Source: Oikopleura dioica
Lineage: Eukaryota > Animalia > Chordata
NCBI GenBank assembly: GCA_907165135.1
Contig: OU015569.1
Span: forward strand, 9,734,001-9,798,000
Length of the DNA stretch: 64,000 nucleotides
Direction: 5' to 3'
Positions 10,597-24,042 of the stretch are shown piece by piece. The stretch's first letter is position 1. The number at the start of each line of letters is the position of its first letter. The translations under genes and the position numbers were made by a program. The notes beneath the pieces were generated by a model. That model was not told the DNA's origin. It worked only from the letters and a program-made list of their open reading frames with translations, and did no database searches.

Positions 10597-13500
10597 TTAA
10601 AGTGAACAGTCTTCAACGGTTTTATTCATCTGTCTGTGGCCACTAAGAATATCGTCGAAGCATTCTTCAACCATATTATCCAGTCGGCCATAATCCTTCA
10701 CCAAGCGTATGTCATTCTTGTTTTGGGACATACAGAAGAGACATATCTTTCTGAGACGTACAAGAAGATCAATAACATAGTTATTGAAGGGTGAGTAAAC
10801 ATGTGATATTCTAGCAAGTGCAGGCAGGACTCCAGTGAAGAAGCTTATCAATTCGTCATGAGTCAAACCTAAACTATATTTCATCACAGAAACAAGAAGT
10901 AGATCTACCTTCAAGCAGCGTAAAAGCGACGCGAATCGCGATCTTCGATAACTCGAATGTGCGAGGAATCGGGTAGTGATAAACAAGATGCGAGAGTAGT
11001 TGTATTGCAAACGATCTCAGCTCCAGATTGGTATATTTGAGCAGCTCAGGAACAAATGAAACGCATATATGCATCGAGGGAACACCGTGAACGAGACAAG
11101 AGATAGCGTCCGGAGAGTATCCTTGGAAATGAAGCAATTTGCACAGCACTGGCTGTCCGTGGAACACATGATCGTCGATAAACAACTGGTGTATAAAAAA
11201 GCATATTTCACATTGAATTTCACGGAGCCTCAGTTCCCTAATTGTATATTCAATAAAACTTGGAATTAAAAAGATATAATTTTGAAATCAAGGAAGAGAC
11301 TTGTAATGGCGAACTTACCCAGTAACGCTGCGATCGTCTTCAGATGACGGTAGAGTCATCTCGATAAGTACTTGGAGAACAGCGACTTTTGTTGTCAACA
11401 AGATATTGGTTTTGACTCGTTTCGACTCCATCAGCTCAACATGACTTCTCTCCTGAGAACCTCGTAAACGGAAATCCGTAATAAGTGTTTGCTGGTAGAA
11501 TGTTTTTTGAGTATTTACAAAACCGCGCAAACATCCAAGAAAGATCTCCACAAGAATCGGGTTTCTTATCACCATGTTGATACACTGAAAAGCTAAGGAA
11601 ACTATGAGAGATTGCTAGTTGAAAGCAAAATTACCAAGCGTCGGATTCTCAATATAATCATCGAAAGAGTATTTATCATCGCTCGATTTTGCTAGATCTT
11701 GCAAAGTCTCGACCCAGAGCTGTCGGGGAATATGTCGCTGTAGCCTGAACCAAAGTTTCCTCATCGAAAGCATGAACCATCGGGGTAAGTTTTTCGAGTC
11801 TTCTGGTAAACTCGCTAATGGACGTGTCATCAGCCAAAACGTCTCCAAATCATCATCTCCAAGATTTTCTAGCTTTGTCATTGTTCCTCTTAGCCTAGAA
11901 GACATGAGAAGAGGTTTCGTTTGGCAGACTCACCTTTTGTAATCCAATTTGCGCAGTTGCTTTGAGTACTTTGTGGATAGAGTCTCAAGCTCGTCACCAG
12001 AATATCTTTCTATTTCTGATGGCAGTCCTTTGTCTGGCTTGTCGAATATCAGTAGTTCTGGTGCAACTACAGAGATCGATGATAGAAACCGCGGATAAAC
12101 AGAACTCGCGAGGCTTGGCGTCCTCTCGGCAAAGGCGAGAAAACGTTTCAGTGGAATTCTTCGTAAAGCTGCTGCTGGAAATTTGACATTAAACTTACCC
12201 GCCGTTTGATAATTTCGATAAAGGAAGTCTGCTCTCCTTGACAGCGCGACGGCGAGAAACGTGAGGTAGTAAGCTAATAAAGTTTACTTTGGTTTTGCAG
12301 TAATGTCCGACTAACCTAGAAGTGTCTTTCCGAGGATAGGCACAGAAGGATCCAAACAGGTTTCGACAATAAGATCCGCTGAAATCGGGCTTTGAAGATT
12401 GGCAAAATCCTTCTTTGTCTTGGGAATATTTGCACGTATGAGAGCTTTGATAACTGTAGGAACATGTGGGTGAAGAGGAAGTGAGCATTGGCAAATTTGA
12501 TTAAATATCCATGTAGCGACATTTTGGATGCCGTGAGCAGTGAACTGACGCCCTTTAAGAAGATGCAGAACCCCGTGCAGCGGTACCATTTCGTTCATTT
12601 TTGAGTTTAGATTTCTTGTAGGAGAGACTGAAATCGCAAGTTCAGAAAGGGAGGTGCTTTTGTAGATAGACTGTGTAAAGACTTGTTTGAGTCGGTGCGT
12701 CGTCAGCGATTTGATGCGCATCGGACGATACTCGATCGTTGTCCTAATAACTTCCTCGATTTCATCCTTCTCTTCGTAGATGAAGTGAATGCCGCAAATC
12801 AGAAGATACTCTTTTAATCGGGCCAGTTCAGTTTGCGCCGCTAAATCTTCGCCGTCGCCTGTACATCTCGAAATGAGTCCACTCAGCCATCTTGTCAGTC
12901 TACATAGCATGCTGGTTTCGTTCTTTGCGTTCCCTGATGAGAAGTCCCCATAGCACACTGCCATTGAGATTGCCATCATAAAGAACTGAATGGACCCCTC
13001 ATTCAGATCATTTTTCAAAATACATTCAAATAAAGTCATCATCCTCGAGGATTCGTCAAGGGGGAATTTCATGTTTAATGAGGTTTTCATAACACAAATG
13101 ACGAAGAGTGTAGCGCAGCCAAATCTATAGTCTTCAGCAGAGGGGTTTGTCGCTTCGTCTGGGTCCCCGTAAATCGATATCAACAATTCCACGATTGACA
13201 TGATTTTTTTCCTCAGCTTTAAAATCACTGTCTCGTTAAGCAAGAGTCTACTCGTGAATTGAGTCATCAGCCAGGTCAAAATATCTTTTCTGTAAAACAG
13301 TTCCGTATGAATAGTGTCGAGGAAGTCTGCATGTTCCATGTCGCATAAGAAGGAAATGTTTATCCACAAGTGTATTCGGTATTTAAGGCAGCAGCTTTGG
13401 ATGAATTCGTTTGCCGAAGAGTAAATTTTGACGATTCCATTCAGGTAAGAGAACATTGTCGCAGAGTCCATTTTCTTAGAAAGAATGATCGACTTAATCG

Positions 13501-14136
13501 CTGGCCTCATCAATTGTGATTTTCCAATGATCAGAGCCTCGATAAAAAACTGACTGTAAGGAAGCTTGTGAAGAGCACATATGATCTGTTCATAGCTGAG
13601 AATCTTCGTAAATTTGTCAGTAACCGTCAGTAATAAAGTGACTAAGAGGGGATGATTTGCCACATCTTCAAAAAGGCGATCCATGAAAGACGGCGAGAGA
13701 AGACTCGAATAGAAGCAACGGACAGTACTAGCAAGATCTATTCCAAAACCAGCCATTGAGGCTTCTCTCCCTGACGGCTTCCTGCTGCGCGACCATGAAA
13801 TGATATCCTCCCATACTTCTGATAAATTGAAATCGATAAGACTATCTATCAGTCCAACGGATAAATCTTTTTGAGATCGGCATGGACGAAACCTCTTCAA
13901 ATCACTTAAAAAAATTGTCAAGAAATAACTTGGATTAATTATGCTGACCTGATTGACACTGAATTATTGTTATTATCGAACAATAATCTGCATATAATTG
14001 GCCGCAATATTAGACCAAGCGGTTCGACATCCACATAAACATCTATCAAACTTCGGATGTCTTTGGATTTAATAGATTTAACCGCTCTTCCGAGATCTTT
14101 TGTCGAAACCAGTGAACTTAGTAAGGGCCGGTTCAT
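10597..14136 (-). CDS. INTS2: Integrator complex subunit 2
   Basis: C-terminal LLHFQGY...GVPSMHICVSFVPELL...FAIQLLSHLVYHYPIPRT and LHLLKGRQFTAH...WIFNQICQCSLPLHP match INTS2. Confidence 0.88.
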
Positions 14137-14266
14137 CTAAAGGTGATTATTATTAATAAATTTTTTCGAGAGAATGATTTTTTGAAAGGACAGTAAAATA
14201 TGAAAATCTGGGTAGAATTACAAGGTGAGTGCAGGAAAGGAAGAAACAAGACAGGAACAGAAATCA

Positions 14267-15366
14267 TCAACCCATATTTTTCCGATTTCCGTCTCCACGC
14301 CTCGTCGTATCTTTGTGCTCGTCCCACATCTGATCTTTTCTGCGCTGCTTGTCTTCTTCAGCCCACGTTAACTCACGATGCTCATCACGAGGAGGATTAG
14401 CCGCTATTTGTCTCGCCTTTTCCTAGTGTGATAGGCAATATAAAAATTAGATGAAGGACCCCTACCTTTTCTTGTTGGCGCATAAGCTGGGCCTGCCTTT
14501 CGCCGAATTCCTCGACAGTATATACCGGTCGAGAAGGATATCCAAGGCCAAAAACTCTTTTCATTTCTTCATTTTTAGCAATCATGAAGGGCTTGACAAG
14601 TTTACAAGCTGGAAGTGAAAATCGTCGCCTACCTGAGTAGGAGGACGAGGTCGAGGTTGCTCTGGTCTTACTCCTGCCTCTCTGGGTGCGATTTATATCA
14701 AAAGTACATATTAGCGTACATTTTACTTCGAGTATAATAACTATTCGTCAAATATTTATAAATCTAGCCTCATTTTGAGCATTTCTAGTTCCCTTTTCAA
14801 CATGGACATATGTTCGTTAGAAATGAGCTCTGCGAATGAGATGAAGCTCATCCAATATTTTCTTTCAATTTCCTCATCGGCGGATTCATCTTCTAGACAG
14901 TACTCATGCGTTTTCATCGATTCAGTGATTTCCTTCTTTCTTTTGAACATTTCAACCTTTTGTGTTCTCATATCTGGATACGACTTCTTTGGATATGCAA
15001 GACCATAGTCGTTTAATGTCTTCAAGTAAGATAGAAGGCATCCCATGATAGATTTAAGCGTCTCCAACTGCGGATCCGACTCGTGGGGCTTTAAACGAAA
15101 CTCCGCCTAAACTTCATCATTTCTAGGCTTTTGCTTGTGGCGCTACATACCTCGAAAAACTTCACGAGCATATACTTTAGGCTTTTGGTTGATACTTCTT
15201 CGATCTCTTCATTGCATGAAAAGAGCGCGAGAGACTCTATCCTGTCATTTGCCTCCATCGTGACGTCTATCATTTCCTTAAAGTCGATGCTCTTAGAATC
15301 AGTGCCAATCCTCCGCCAGCATTGAAGAATGTCAACAAACAGAGTTGGCAGATCTTTATTTTCCAT
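14267..15366 (-). CDS. IGBP1: PP2A regulator alpha4/TAP42
   Basis: LFSCNEEIEEVSTKSLKYML, VFGLGYPSRPVYTVEEF and the terminal WDEHKDTTRRGDGNRKNMG*. Confidence 0.92.
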
Positions 15367-15456
15367 CGACACAATCTTAAAAACAGACAGGTAAAATTAA
15401 TCAGAATGATGACGGTGCAGTCATGAACAAAGAGGAAAAGAATTAATTGGACAAAA

Positions 15457-16677
15457 TTAAACCTTCCATATTCTGCCAGACTTTCGCTTCCACTCTTTTC
15501 CCGTCTGATCGAATAGATTCAGCCGGTCTTTATCTTCCAAGTATAATTCCAGTTCGTCTCGCTGAATATTTAAAATGTTGACTTCTTTTTCTAGGGCTGC
15601 TTCTTTGCTTGAGCCGCTGAGGCCAATCCGCTCAAAGAATGACATGTCTTGTTTACGACCATAATCGAATTCGAGAGCAGTTTCTAGCTGTTCTCTGTTG
15701 GTAACAAGTGGATCTTCTTCCGGAAGAACAAAGTTGAACACATATTCTGAATCAAGTCATAAGCCTGTCATCGCTTTTGCATGAAATACCTCTAAAATGC
15801 CTTTGGATCGCAACAAATTTTTCATCATCAGTATCCACCAGATTTGCAGCGAGCTTGAAGTCCATGAAAGTCTTCTCGTCCATGAGCTTTAAGTTTTTGC
15901 GAACATAGTGAACCAGATACTCTATTCCTTCCGGATTAAAGTATCTGTCTATTATAAGCGCATCTTGGCTCTCATCGTCTTCGATTTGAAATTCTTCTTG
16001 ATGCGCTAGATAGGTCCATAAGGATTCGGCCAGTTCCATGTCCGATCCAAGAAAACCTTAATCACAAATCTATATTAATTTTTAGGGCGAAAGAAAACAA
16101 CCTTTTGTGTAGGCGATGTTGCGTTCATAAATGTGTCCACGAGTAGATATAATCGAGAGAGCATCTTTAGTCGGAATGAGAACTTTTGTCGCTGCTTCGA
16201 AATCTTTCTTCCGCTGTTCCATGTTGAGTACAACACGTCTTGAGATTTGATCCATCAACACTAAATTCAATCAATCAATCCAGTTTCTCTATGAATCCAC
16301 ATACGTTCACCGTCGAGATCAAGCTGAAGCAGCCGTTCTCGGAACATTTCGACGTGAAGCTGGACGAGTTCAAGTGTGGTCACCCAATCCATCCTCAAAT
16401 CCGCATTCTTCCTTAGTTCCTCATTGCTCGCAGCTTTGATGACTAAATGTCTGATAATGAACTTGATCGATCAAGTTCTAAGCTCACTGTAGTAAGAAAT
16501 AAGCTCCGCTAAAATGTGTTTTTCTTCATACACCATTGTTTCAATGCCTATCCGTCCACCAGCTTCAAATCTGTCTCGACTGGACTTGATTTTGTAGCCA
16601 CCGAAGAAATTTAACCGAGTCGAACTAACAGCCAGACACCGACTGAGAGGCACCCGTCGAGTACACACGCGTAACAT
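15457..16677 (-). CDS. UQCC1: Ubiquinol-cytochrome c reductase assembly factor 1 (CBP3 family)
   Basis: Mitochondrial-type presequence MLRVCTRRVPLSR. GFLGSDMELAESLW and PEGIEYLVHYVRKNLKLMD match the CBP3 domain. 3' end approximate. Confidence 0.78.
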
Positions 16678-16710
16678 GCTAAAATGGACTTCTCAAAGTC
16701 TCTCAACTAG

Positions 16711-17614
16711 TTATTGAAGCTTTGGATGTTTTAACCAAGCAGCTTTTTCAGGCTTTCCGTTCTTGTCTAGCAACATAAGTTGAAGTGTTTCGATCTCCCA
16801 CGCCGAGCGGCGGCTTAAAAATTCGAATTGAGAAGTTCTCACGCTTGGTGCATAGATTCTCGTTGATAGCCATTGCTCCATTCTGAACACTTCATTTCAA
16901 AGCAACTCAATTAATTGCTCGCACCTTGATAAAATGCCCGAGTGGAGAGCTTTTTCGATGAGTTTTAAGTCGTCCTCTATTGAATCGTCCCTGTTTCGCA
17001 TCGGGAGGCCGCATTGCTCTAGCTCTTCGTCCGAAAGAAGCATACTTTGAAAAATCTTCGACTTGAGTGCCAACGTTCCAAGCGCGAATAAAAAAAAGTA
17101 AGAGTAAATTTTCGACGGCCGAATCGTTCTCAGCGGGCTTTTAGGTGCTCCTATCACTTCCGGAGAAAACATCATCAAGCAGTTTAAAAGAAGAAGAGCA
17201 GCTATTGCTGGGTTCGCCAAATATTCTATGCTTTTGTTGATCCAGCGAATTTTGTCAATTGAGTCCAGCTTTTCGCAGTAGCGGTAATTGAAAGCAGCTT
17301 CTTTGGATGAGTGCCCGACCCCGTCGAAATCTTTGACGCGCGCTTCGGCTATAAGCTGCCAGTTTCTATTCTCCACTTTTGCGCTGCCGCGTCATTCTGA
17401 TCTTTGTAAGGCATGTTGACGTCGAGTTTTATGTAGGCAGTTCCGTTCTCTTCGTCGAATTTGAATAAACTGTAAATCTCCTTGTTGTGAAGCTCAAAAA
17501 GCCACGAAAGGAAGACGTTGTTTCTTTGACCTCTTCCGATCGTCGATGGCAAGTTCGCAACATAAGGTAAAACTTCTCGACTGTTCCAGCGCTATCCACA
17601 CTTTTTCTTTCCAT
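16711..17614 (-). CDS. Uncharacterised protein; exon structure only partly resolved
   Basis: ATG 30 nt after the upstream stop. A long open frame 16897-17376 splices through a 42-nt GT-AG intron to a last exon ending ...KHPKLQ*. I could not resolve the frame join near 17380. Confidence 0.45.
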
Positions 17615-17643
17615 TAAAATTTCGCTAGAATAATTATCATCAA

Positions 17644-18184
17644 TTAAGCGCCGTTCCTTTCCATCGCGTTGTGCTGTGCCGCTTCGATCAATATTTTCCT
17701 TATGAGATTATGACCGAGACCTTGAACTCGTCTGTCGAATTCAAGCGTGAACGACCACCAGCAGAAAAAGGCAACGGTCGCGAGACTCACAGTAACAAGA
17801 AAGAAAAGTCCTTTGTAGATGATCGTGAACCACAGATTTCCGAATTTGAATTTAGTGTGGTGATTCTGTAGCGGATTATTTCTGCTTTATTTAGGAATAA
17901 AAAGATGATTAAAAATTTGAAATATCCCTGGCTCAAGGGCACATTTCTCCAGTCTCATGAGTCCTTCGCGATCTGACTCTGCAACCATTTGCCGCCACTC
18001 GATCGTTTGCGATATCGTCAACCCTGCAAGAAATCGTCAGCATCGCAAATAAGTCATTTCTGTCAAAGTTACCTCTGAAAAGAACCCATTTTTTGAGAAA
18101 TTTCTCCCGCAAGGGGCTTATTTGTACGAGTCGAGTTGAAACAAGTGTATTTGTACTTGTTATCCGATTACATTGTCGAAACAT
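17644..18184 (-). CDS. Small probable mitochondrial membrane protein
   Basis: ttttag acceptor just before MFRQCNRITST (presequence-like). A GT-AG intron leads to GLTISQTIEWRQMVAE. The last exon encodes a hydrophobic helix (LWFTIIYKGLFFLVTVSLATVAFFCWW). The second intron appears non-canonical. Confidence 0.45.
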
Positions 18185-18462
18185 TTCTAAAATTATTTAA
18201 TTGATTAGCGATGAATTTGATAAGTTTTACAGAGAAATCATAATTGAAGTTATTTCTAAGAAAATTACACGCAATTACTAGGCTTTGGCGATAGATGAAA
18301 TCGTTTATGATTTCAGTGGTGGTTTCAGTCCGCGAGGCTTGAAATCGAGCGAGCGGGGGCGTTGCGATGCGATCTAAACAGGCGCCAATTCAAACGACGC
18401 GAGCGCGCGGAAAACCGAAATTTGCAGAAAAATATATTTTCGGAAAATAAGAGAAAAAAAGA

Positions 18463-20376
18463 ATGGACTCAAGTTACGAGAGAAGACTGAGAATAGCTGA
18501 AGCGAAAAGAGTGCGACTTGGCCTAACGAAAATTGTGCAAAATGCAACTAGAGAAAGCCAGCAATTGGATGCTATGAGACAAGGTAAAACGGATATGAAA
18601 AAAATATGATTTTCACTCAATTATTAGCGTGGACTGCCGGGCTTCAAGTGCAGGCATTGGAAAGACACTGGCAAGAGTTCGAAAATACAGAATGCGGTGC
18701 AGAACTGGAGCTCAGCGCGATGCGTGTACCTTTCGTCATGCATGAAAAGAAAAAGAAAACTTATCGGAAGGCGATTTATGCGGTAGCAAGACTCGGTCAT
18801 CAGGTCAAGGAATCGGAGCTGTACATTTTTACTAAGGTACGTTTTTTGCAGAAAAAACTTTTCAATGCTTTCAGGAGACGACAGAAGTGGTTATCACGAA
18901 TATGCTGTCGTTTTCAAACGTATCGCCAGATTTCGAGCTTGTTGTTGATTTGTACGGAATGGAGCTTCCCGAGAAGGAGAAGAAAGGGCTCTCCCCAGAA
19001 ACAAAATTCATTCACTGGGCGAGGTGCAAACTGAGTGGCAGAGACGCTACTAATAGAACGAGTTGGGCAACTCTTACCGTCCTGCCAAACGCACCTAAAT
19101 ATCCAAGCTTTACGGGCAAGATTACTTTGCGCCTAGCAAGCGCGGTTCCGACCTTGTGTCAAGTGTTCAAAGAAGGTTACCTACATCTTTGGAACGAGGG
19201 CGTCGACAATTCTTGGAAGTTCATCTTTGTGCGCCTGAAAAACGGGAAACTACGGGCATTCGATCCGACTAAAGGAGAGAAGAAATGCAACGATCTTGTG
19301 CAGATTGACGTCACTTCGCAGCTGAAAATCTCCGAGTCCTCGCGAAAAAGACAGTTTTCGTTTCAGCTGCGCGATTTTGATGGAAGGACCGTTTTCGCTG
19401 CCACGAGCAAAGACGAAATGCTTGCATGGATGGAGGCTATCAGGGTGCATCGGCGGCATCTAAAACTTTGGGGCAAGATTGAGGAAGCAGGAGTCGACGA
19501 AGGAATGAACGAGCCTGATTCCGTGACAGATACCAATTCTCCTTGGAGTGCTTTCTTCAGTGGACAAACGAAAGTTACCGTTATAAAAACGGGGAAACGC
19601 GTGGGCTCCGGCCAAGCGGCCTTGAGTCCGGCTGTAGGTGTAACAAAGGGATCGAGAAGACGGTCAAAATCGGTCGATCTCGGACATACTCCGGTGAAAC
19701 GAGTTTCACGTTCTCCAGAAAGACGCTTCCGCCGAAATTCTGGCAGCAGAGAGGACGATCCTCGGCTCGTAGCGTCTCCACCACGAGACTGGATGAACTC
19801 TGCGAATCGGCTATTACCAAATGTTCAAATGATGCCTCGATATGATCCTCCAACGATTTTACTAGGCCCAAGCGAGGAGGATGAGAACCACGAAGAGACG
19901 ATAAACGATGTTCTCGATAAAATATCTCCAATTTCTTCGCCAGTCGCTGAAAGAAAACCTAGACGCGACACCCAGCACATGATTACCGATATAAAGGTTC
20001 AATTAAACCCAATTCCATTTTCTCATCTTTTGAATTTAGCAAAAACATGCTGCATTGGCCGAAAATCGAAGAAAAACAGAGCAGACGTTCGTCGTGAGCC
20101 TCTTCGCACATCAACACAAGTATGCAATTGCCGATTTGTATGTATTACCAATTACATTAGATAAATGGAACAAGGCCGGAAATATCAGAAAAGTACACTC
20201 CAATCGGCTCCCCAGCCCGGACCAAATATGGATACGCTGGTGAAATGCGCGCTAAAATTGTTGTCCCAACGAAGGATAAGGTGAAATTTGGTGGATGCCC
20301 GAAAGTAGGCCGTATTCAACGCAACAATTTAGAATTCCATGACAGCATTCACCCCGAGGACCAAAAACTAACGTAA
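18463..20376 (+). CDS. RTKN: Rhotekin-like protein (anillin-homology + PH domain)
   Basis: LELSAMRVPF...FSNVSPDFELVVDLYG (anillin homology), then a PH domain KEGYLHL...VFAATSKDEMLAWMEAI...LKLWG. Confidence 0.75.
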
Positions 20377-20778
20377 GAGCTTTACTAACGCTTTCTAACA
20401 AAAGTCTTTTCACAAGACATTAATATTCACGCTTCTTCGCATAGAACATTATAAAAGTATCGAACTTATCAAGTAACATGCATGAAAATAAAACTACTAA
20501 CGCGAAATTTTTTTATGAAAAAAGTGTTAATTTTGACTTGGAATTTAGTGTGCGAAGAGCACTAGATGGCAACGAAGCTATTTTCACAAATCCTCACGCT
20601 GAACATCTCCCTGCACCATGCTTACCACGCTTCCCGCACCTCGAAGAGATCTGATTCTCGCAATCCACTTCAATTTTTACCAACGTACTTTCATACACTA
20701 TTTCAATAAAATATAAACATAAGTTGGATCTTGTGGAGCAGTTTTTATTGCAAAAAATCAGGCAGTGATTGAGCGAGT

Positions 20779-23028
20779 TTATCTTCTATAGCGGTAGCGC
20801 TTGTAATAAAACCACAGCTGGAACATTCCATTCATGAACTGGCATCGGAATCCTTTCTTATTGCCGAAGTCCCATTCTCTATTCACGATTTTGAAAGCGA
20901 TGTCTTCGTAGGGTGGGCCCGATTTCACGCGAAGCACACAGAATTCTGGGTCTTCTACAAAATAAAATAAATACTACCCTTATTGTGAGGAGTAGCTTAC
21001 CTTCTAGCTTCAAAAGATCGTAGTCGGGAGACACGCTCTTGTCGATCAAATCTGGATAAAAGATGTTGAACTTGTATCCTTGAACGATTTTCGGAGGTGG
21101 GTTATCGAAATCGTAGTGCATCTGGTTGTACTTATTCCATTCGAAGCCAGTGTGAACTCGATTAAAGAACTTGGGTTTGCGCGGCTTATATTTGTCTGCC
21201 CACTTGTAGACTGTATTTTCTAGCTGTGCTTCCACAGAGAATTCAGCTTCATCCTGGTCCATATCTAGATAAAAGAGAATAATTACAAACAGTAATAGAA
21301 ACAAATCCAGACCTTGCTTGGCAGTTTGGAGGAACTTGTCTTCAAGGGCAGAAGTATTCGTTGTCTTGGCAGCTGCCTTGATCTTTGCAGGATTTTTACG
21401 AATCAGCTCCCGCTTTTCTTCGAGGCTTAGGATCTCTATCGAAGCTTTGATGATTTCTTCAGTGTCGGGCACGAAATCAATCAAGGGTGGAGTGTAGCAT
21501 TTATCCTCATACATTTCCTGAAGTATTCTGGTTTTCTCCGATTCAAGAATAATTAACTTACCTGACAATGCTTCTCCATTTGAATGCGCTTCTTTTCAGC
21601 TTCGATTTCTTCCAAACTCCTCTGCTCAATTATAATGCCAGCCTCTTTGATGTCTTCCTTTGGCTTCTCTTCTTTCCTTGAGTATTTCGGCGCTGTAAAT
21701 TTAGGCTCTTTAAAAACAACCGGTTCCATTTTTTCGGCTTTCTTTTTTGCCTTCTCTGCTTCGTGTTCAATTTGCGCGGCGTCTACTCTTTTCATAAATT
21801 CTAAAATAAAGAAGTTCGTTACAAATAAAGAACACTTCGCGTCATACGTTTATGTTGTTCTTGGAGTGAGACCTTTGCTCGATATCCCGCAAGCTCTTTT
21901 ATCAAAGCTTCCCAGTAATTAATGTCGGCACCAGTCTTTTGTCCTTGTTCAATTTTCAAAGTCACTTTTTCTTTTAACTCATCTAGTTTCGCAACTGACT
22001 TTCCCCTGAGAAGAGTGTTTAAAAAAAGAATACATTTTAAGGACTTACTTGAAAATCTTGAGTATGTCCGCTTTTACAGAAGGATTTATTTCGGAACGAT
22101 GGCTTCTGGATGCTTTTTGGCTTTTGACTAGGTCGTTGGCGACGGTTGTGACATTGTCCCAAAATGTTTGAGCCACTTCTGACTTGTCTACTTTTCTGTA
22201 GACTTCTATATCAACGATAAGATCTTCCAGCTGTTCAGTTTCGAGTCCGTTTGTATAAATGTACGGCTCGTGAAGCTCAGTTTCGGGGACTTCTTCTTTT
22301 CCTTGAAGAACTTCCAAATAACGCGCGAGGAGATCGATCGGATTTGCTCGTCCATCTTTGATCCGAATTTTCGAACTGCAAAAAAGTGAAATTTATCACA
22401 TAAAATAAGGAATCATTAACTGACCGCAATCTTGCCTGCTGGAGATGGAACTCTTCCTCTTGCTCACTCCACTGCTTGAATCGCTGCGCGTCAATGTCAT
22501 TGTCTCCGAGAGCAGCTTCTCGAGCTCGGTCGGCTTCACGAATTTGCCGTTCATACTCTCTCGCCATTCGGGCTTCTTTCACCTTTTCGAGGTCTTTTGA
22601 GTTGATTGCTTGTCGGTTTTGAATGAGCTTCTTTTGCTCAACTTCAGTCAAATGTGAGTTCCCCTCTTTATCCATTTTCTTTTTCCAGACAAATGTTTCC
22701 ACGAGTCTCTCATCTCCAAAAGGATTGTCGTCGTTCGTATAACCAGAAACAGAAGACCCCCATCCAAGCCGCTCTTGCCGCCGCTTTTCCTTGTTAATTT
22801 TTTTCTGAAATAAGAGCTACAAATGCTTAATCAGTTCAAGTTTACCTGAAGACGGCGGTTTCGTTTCTCTTCAAGTGTTTCGCATTCTTTTAAATTTTTC
22901 TTTGCTCTGATTTTTTCTTCTAAAAGCTTCATTTTCTCCAGCTCTAGCTGCGTCAGCCCATCATCAGATGACGAGGACGAGCTTGGCGATCGTCTCCGAC
23001 TCGATTTCTTTTTCGAACTCTTTCCCAT
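20779..23028 (-). CDS. CACTIN: Cactin (spliceosome C*-complex factor)
   Basis: YTNDDNPFGD...FVWKKK, KWADKYKPRKPKFFNRVHTGFEWNKYNQMHYDFDNPPPKIVQGYKFNIFYPDL and the terminal LWFYYKRYRYRR*. Confidence 0.96.
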
Positions 23029-23199
23029 ATTTATCGAGTTCTATTCTCTAAAATTATGACCTAATACCTGGAATAAACGACGAGAAAATACATGGGAATA
23101 GAATTGATAAATGAACATTGAAGAAATAATCGTGGGAAATGAACAAAAAACGGCATACGAGCAGGGAAATTTCTGGGAAAGAAAGAGAGAGCTTAGAAA

Positions 23200-23868
23200 T
23201 TAGCGGATTTTGACATCTCCATCTAAAAGTGCAGCAAGACAGGTGATTCCGCATGCAGAAAAGGCCTAAAATGAAGTTTATTATAGGAAAACTTGATGAA
23301 TAACTTGCCCAAATAAGAAGAATGTTGTTGATCGAAGATGCGATGAACATGAGACCGAGCAAGGCAAGTGTAACAAAAATAAGGTAAACTTGTTCGCTAT
23401 CCTTCTTGTATTTTGAAATAGTGTCCTGAAGAAAACATGGTTGACTTGATAATAGCTTAGTCTATAAGTTATAGATGAAATTACCGAGATTTTTGACAAG
23501 TAAGTCGATACGTATACGTATTTGTGATAAATTTCTTTTAATCGTTCATCCTCTACTGTCGTCTCATCATTTGCGAAAAATCCAAATCCCCATTCGATCC
23601 AAACGTAAGAGAGTCTAATAACGGTGTTAATAAAGTCAAAACTATTTCATTCTTACCCAAGAAGCGAAAGCGAAGAAATAACAGGCGGGTTCAAGATGTG
23701 AATCGCGAAGCAAACAAGAGTTAAACCCCCCAGAAAGATACCCAGTCCAACAGGATTATTCAAAGATACAGTTTCGCCAAATTTAATGATCAGGTGTTGA
23801 TAAGGCACCAGTTTCTTGTAAGGCACGGGCTTGAAGACGGACTCTTTCTTGCCTATTTCGATACGCAT
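23200..23868 (-). CDS. ARL6IP1: ARL6IP1-like ER-shaping membrane protein
   Basis: HILNPPVISSLS...EDERLKEIY...KKDSEQVYLIFVTLALLGLMFIASSINNILLIW follows the ARL6IP1 pattern. Last intron 23266-23308 is GC-AG. Confidence 0.68.
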
Positions 23869-24042
23869 TTTCTGAATGTTTGATTTTGAATAGATGCTTT
23901 TTCGGCATTTGGGACAATATTGAGAGAACGAAGGAATAGGGCAGTAAAGAGTCTAGGCGGAAAATTATCCTAAGACGAACAATCGAGTTAGAGTTATACA
24001 CAATTATCAGTAACTTTCGATAGAGAGAACAAAAAGATCACT

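Noticed and set aside
23820-23828. TAAGGCACG match to the miR-124 5' end
   Set aside because: Only 9 nt, antisense to coding sequence, with no precursor hairpin.
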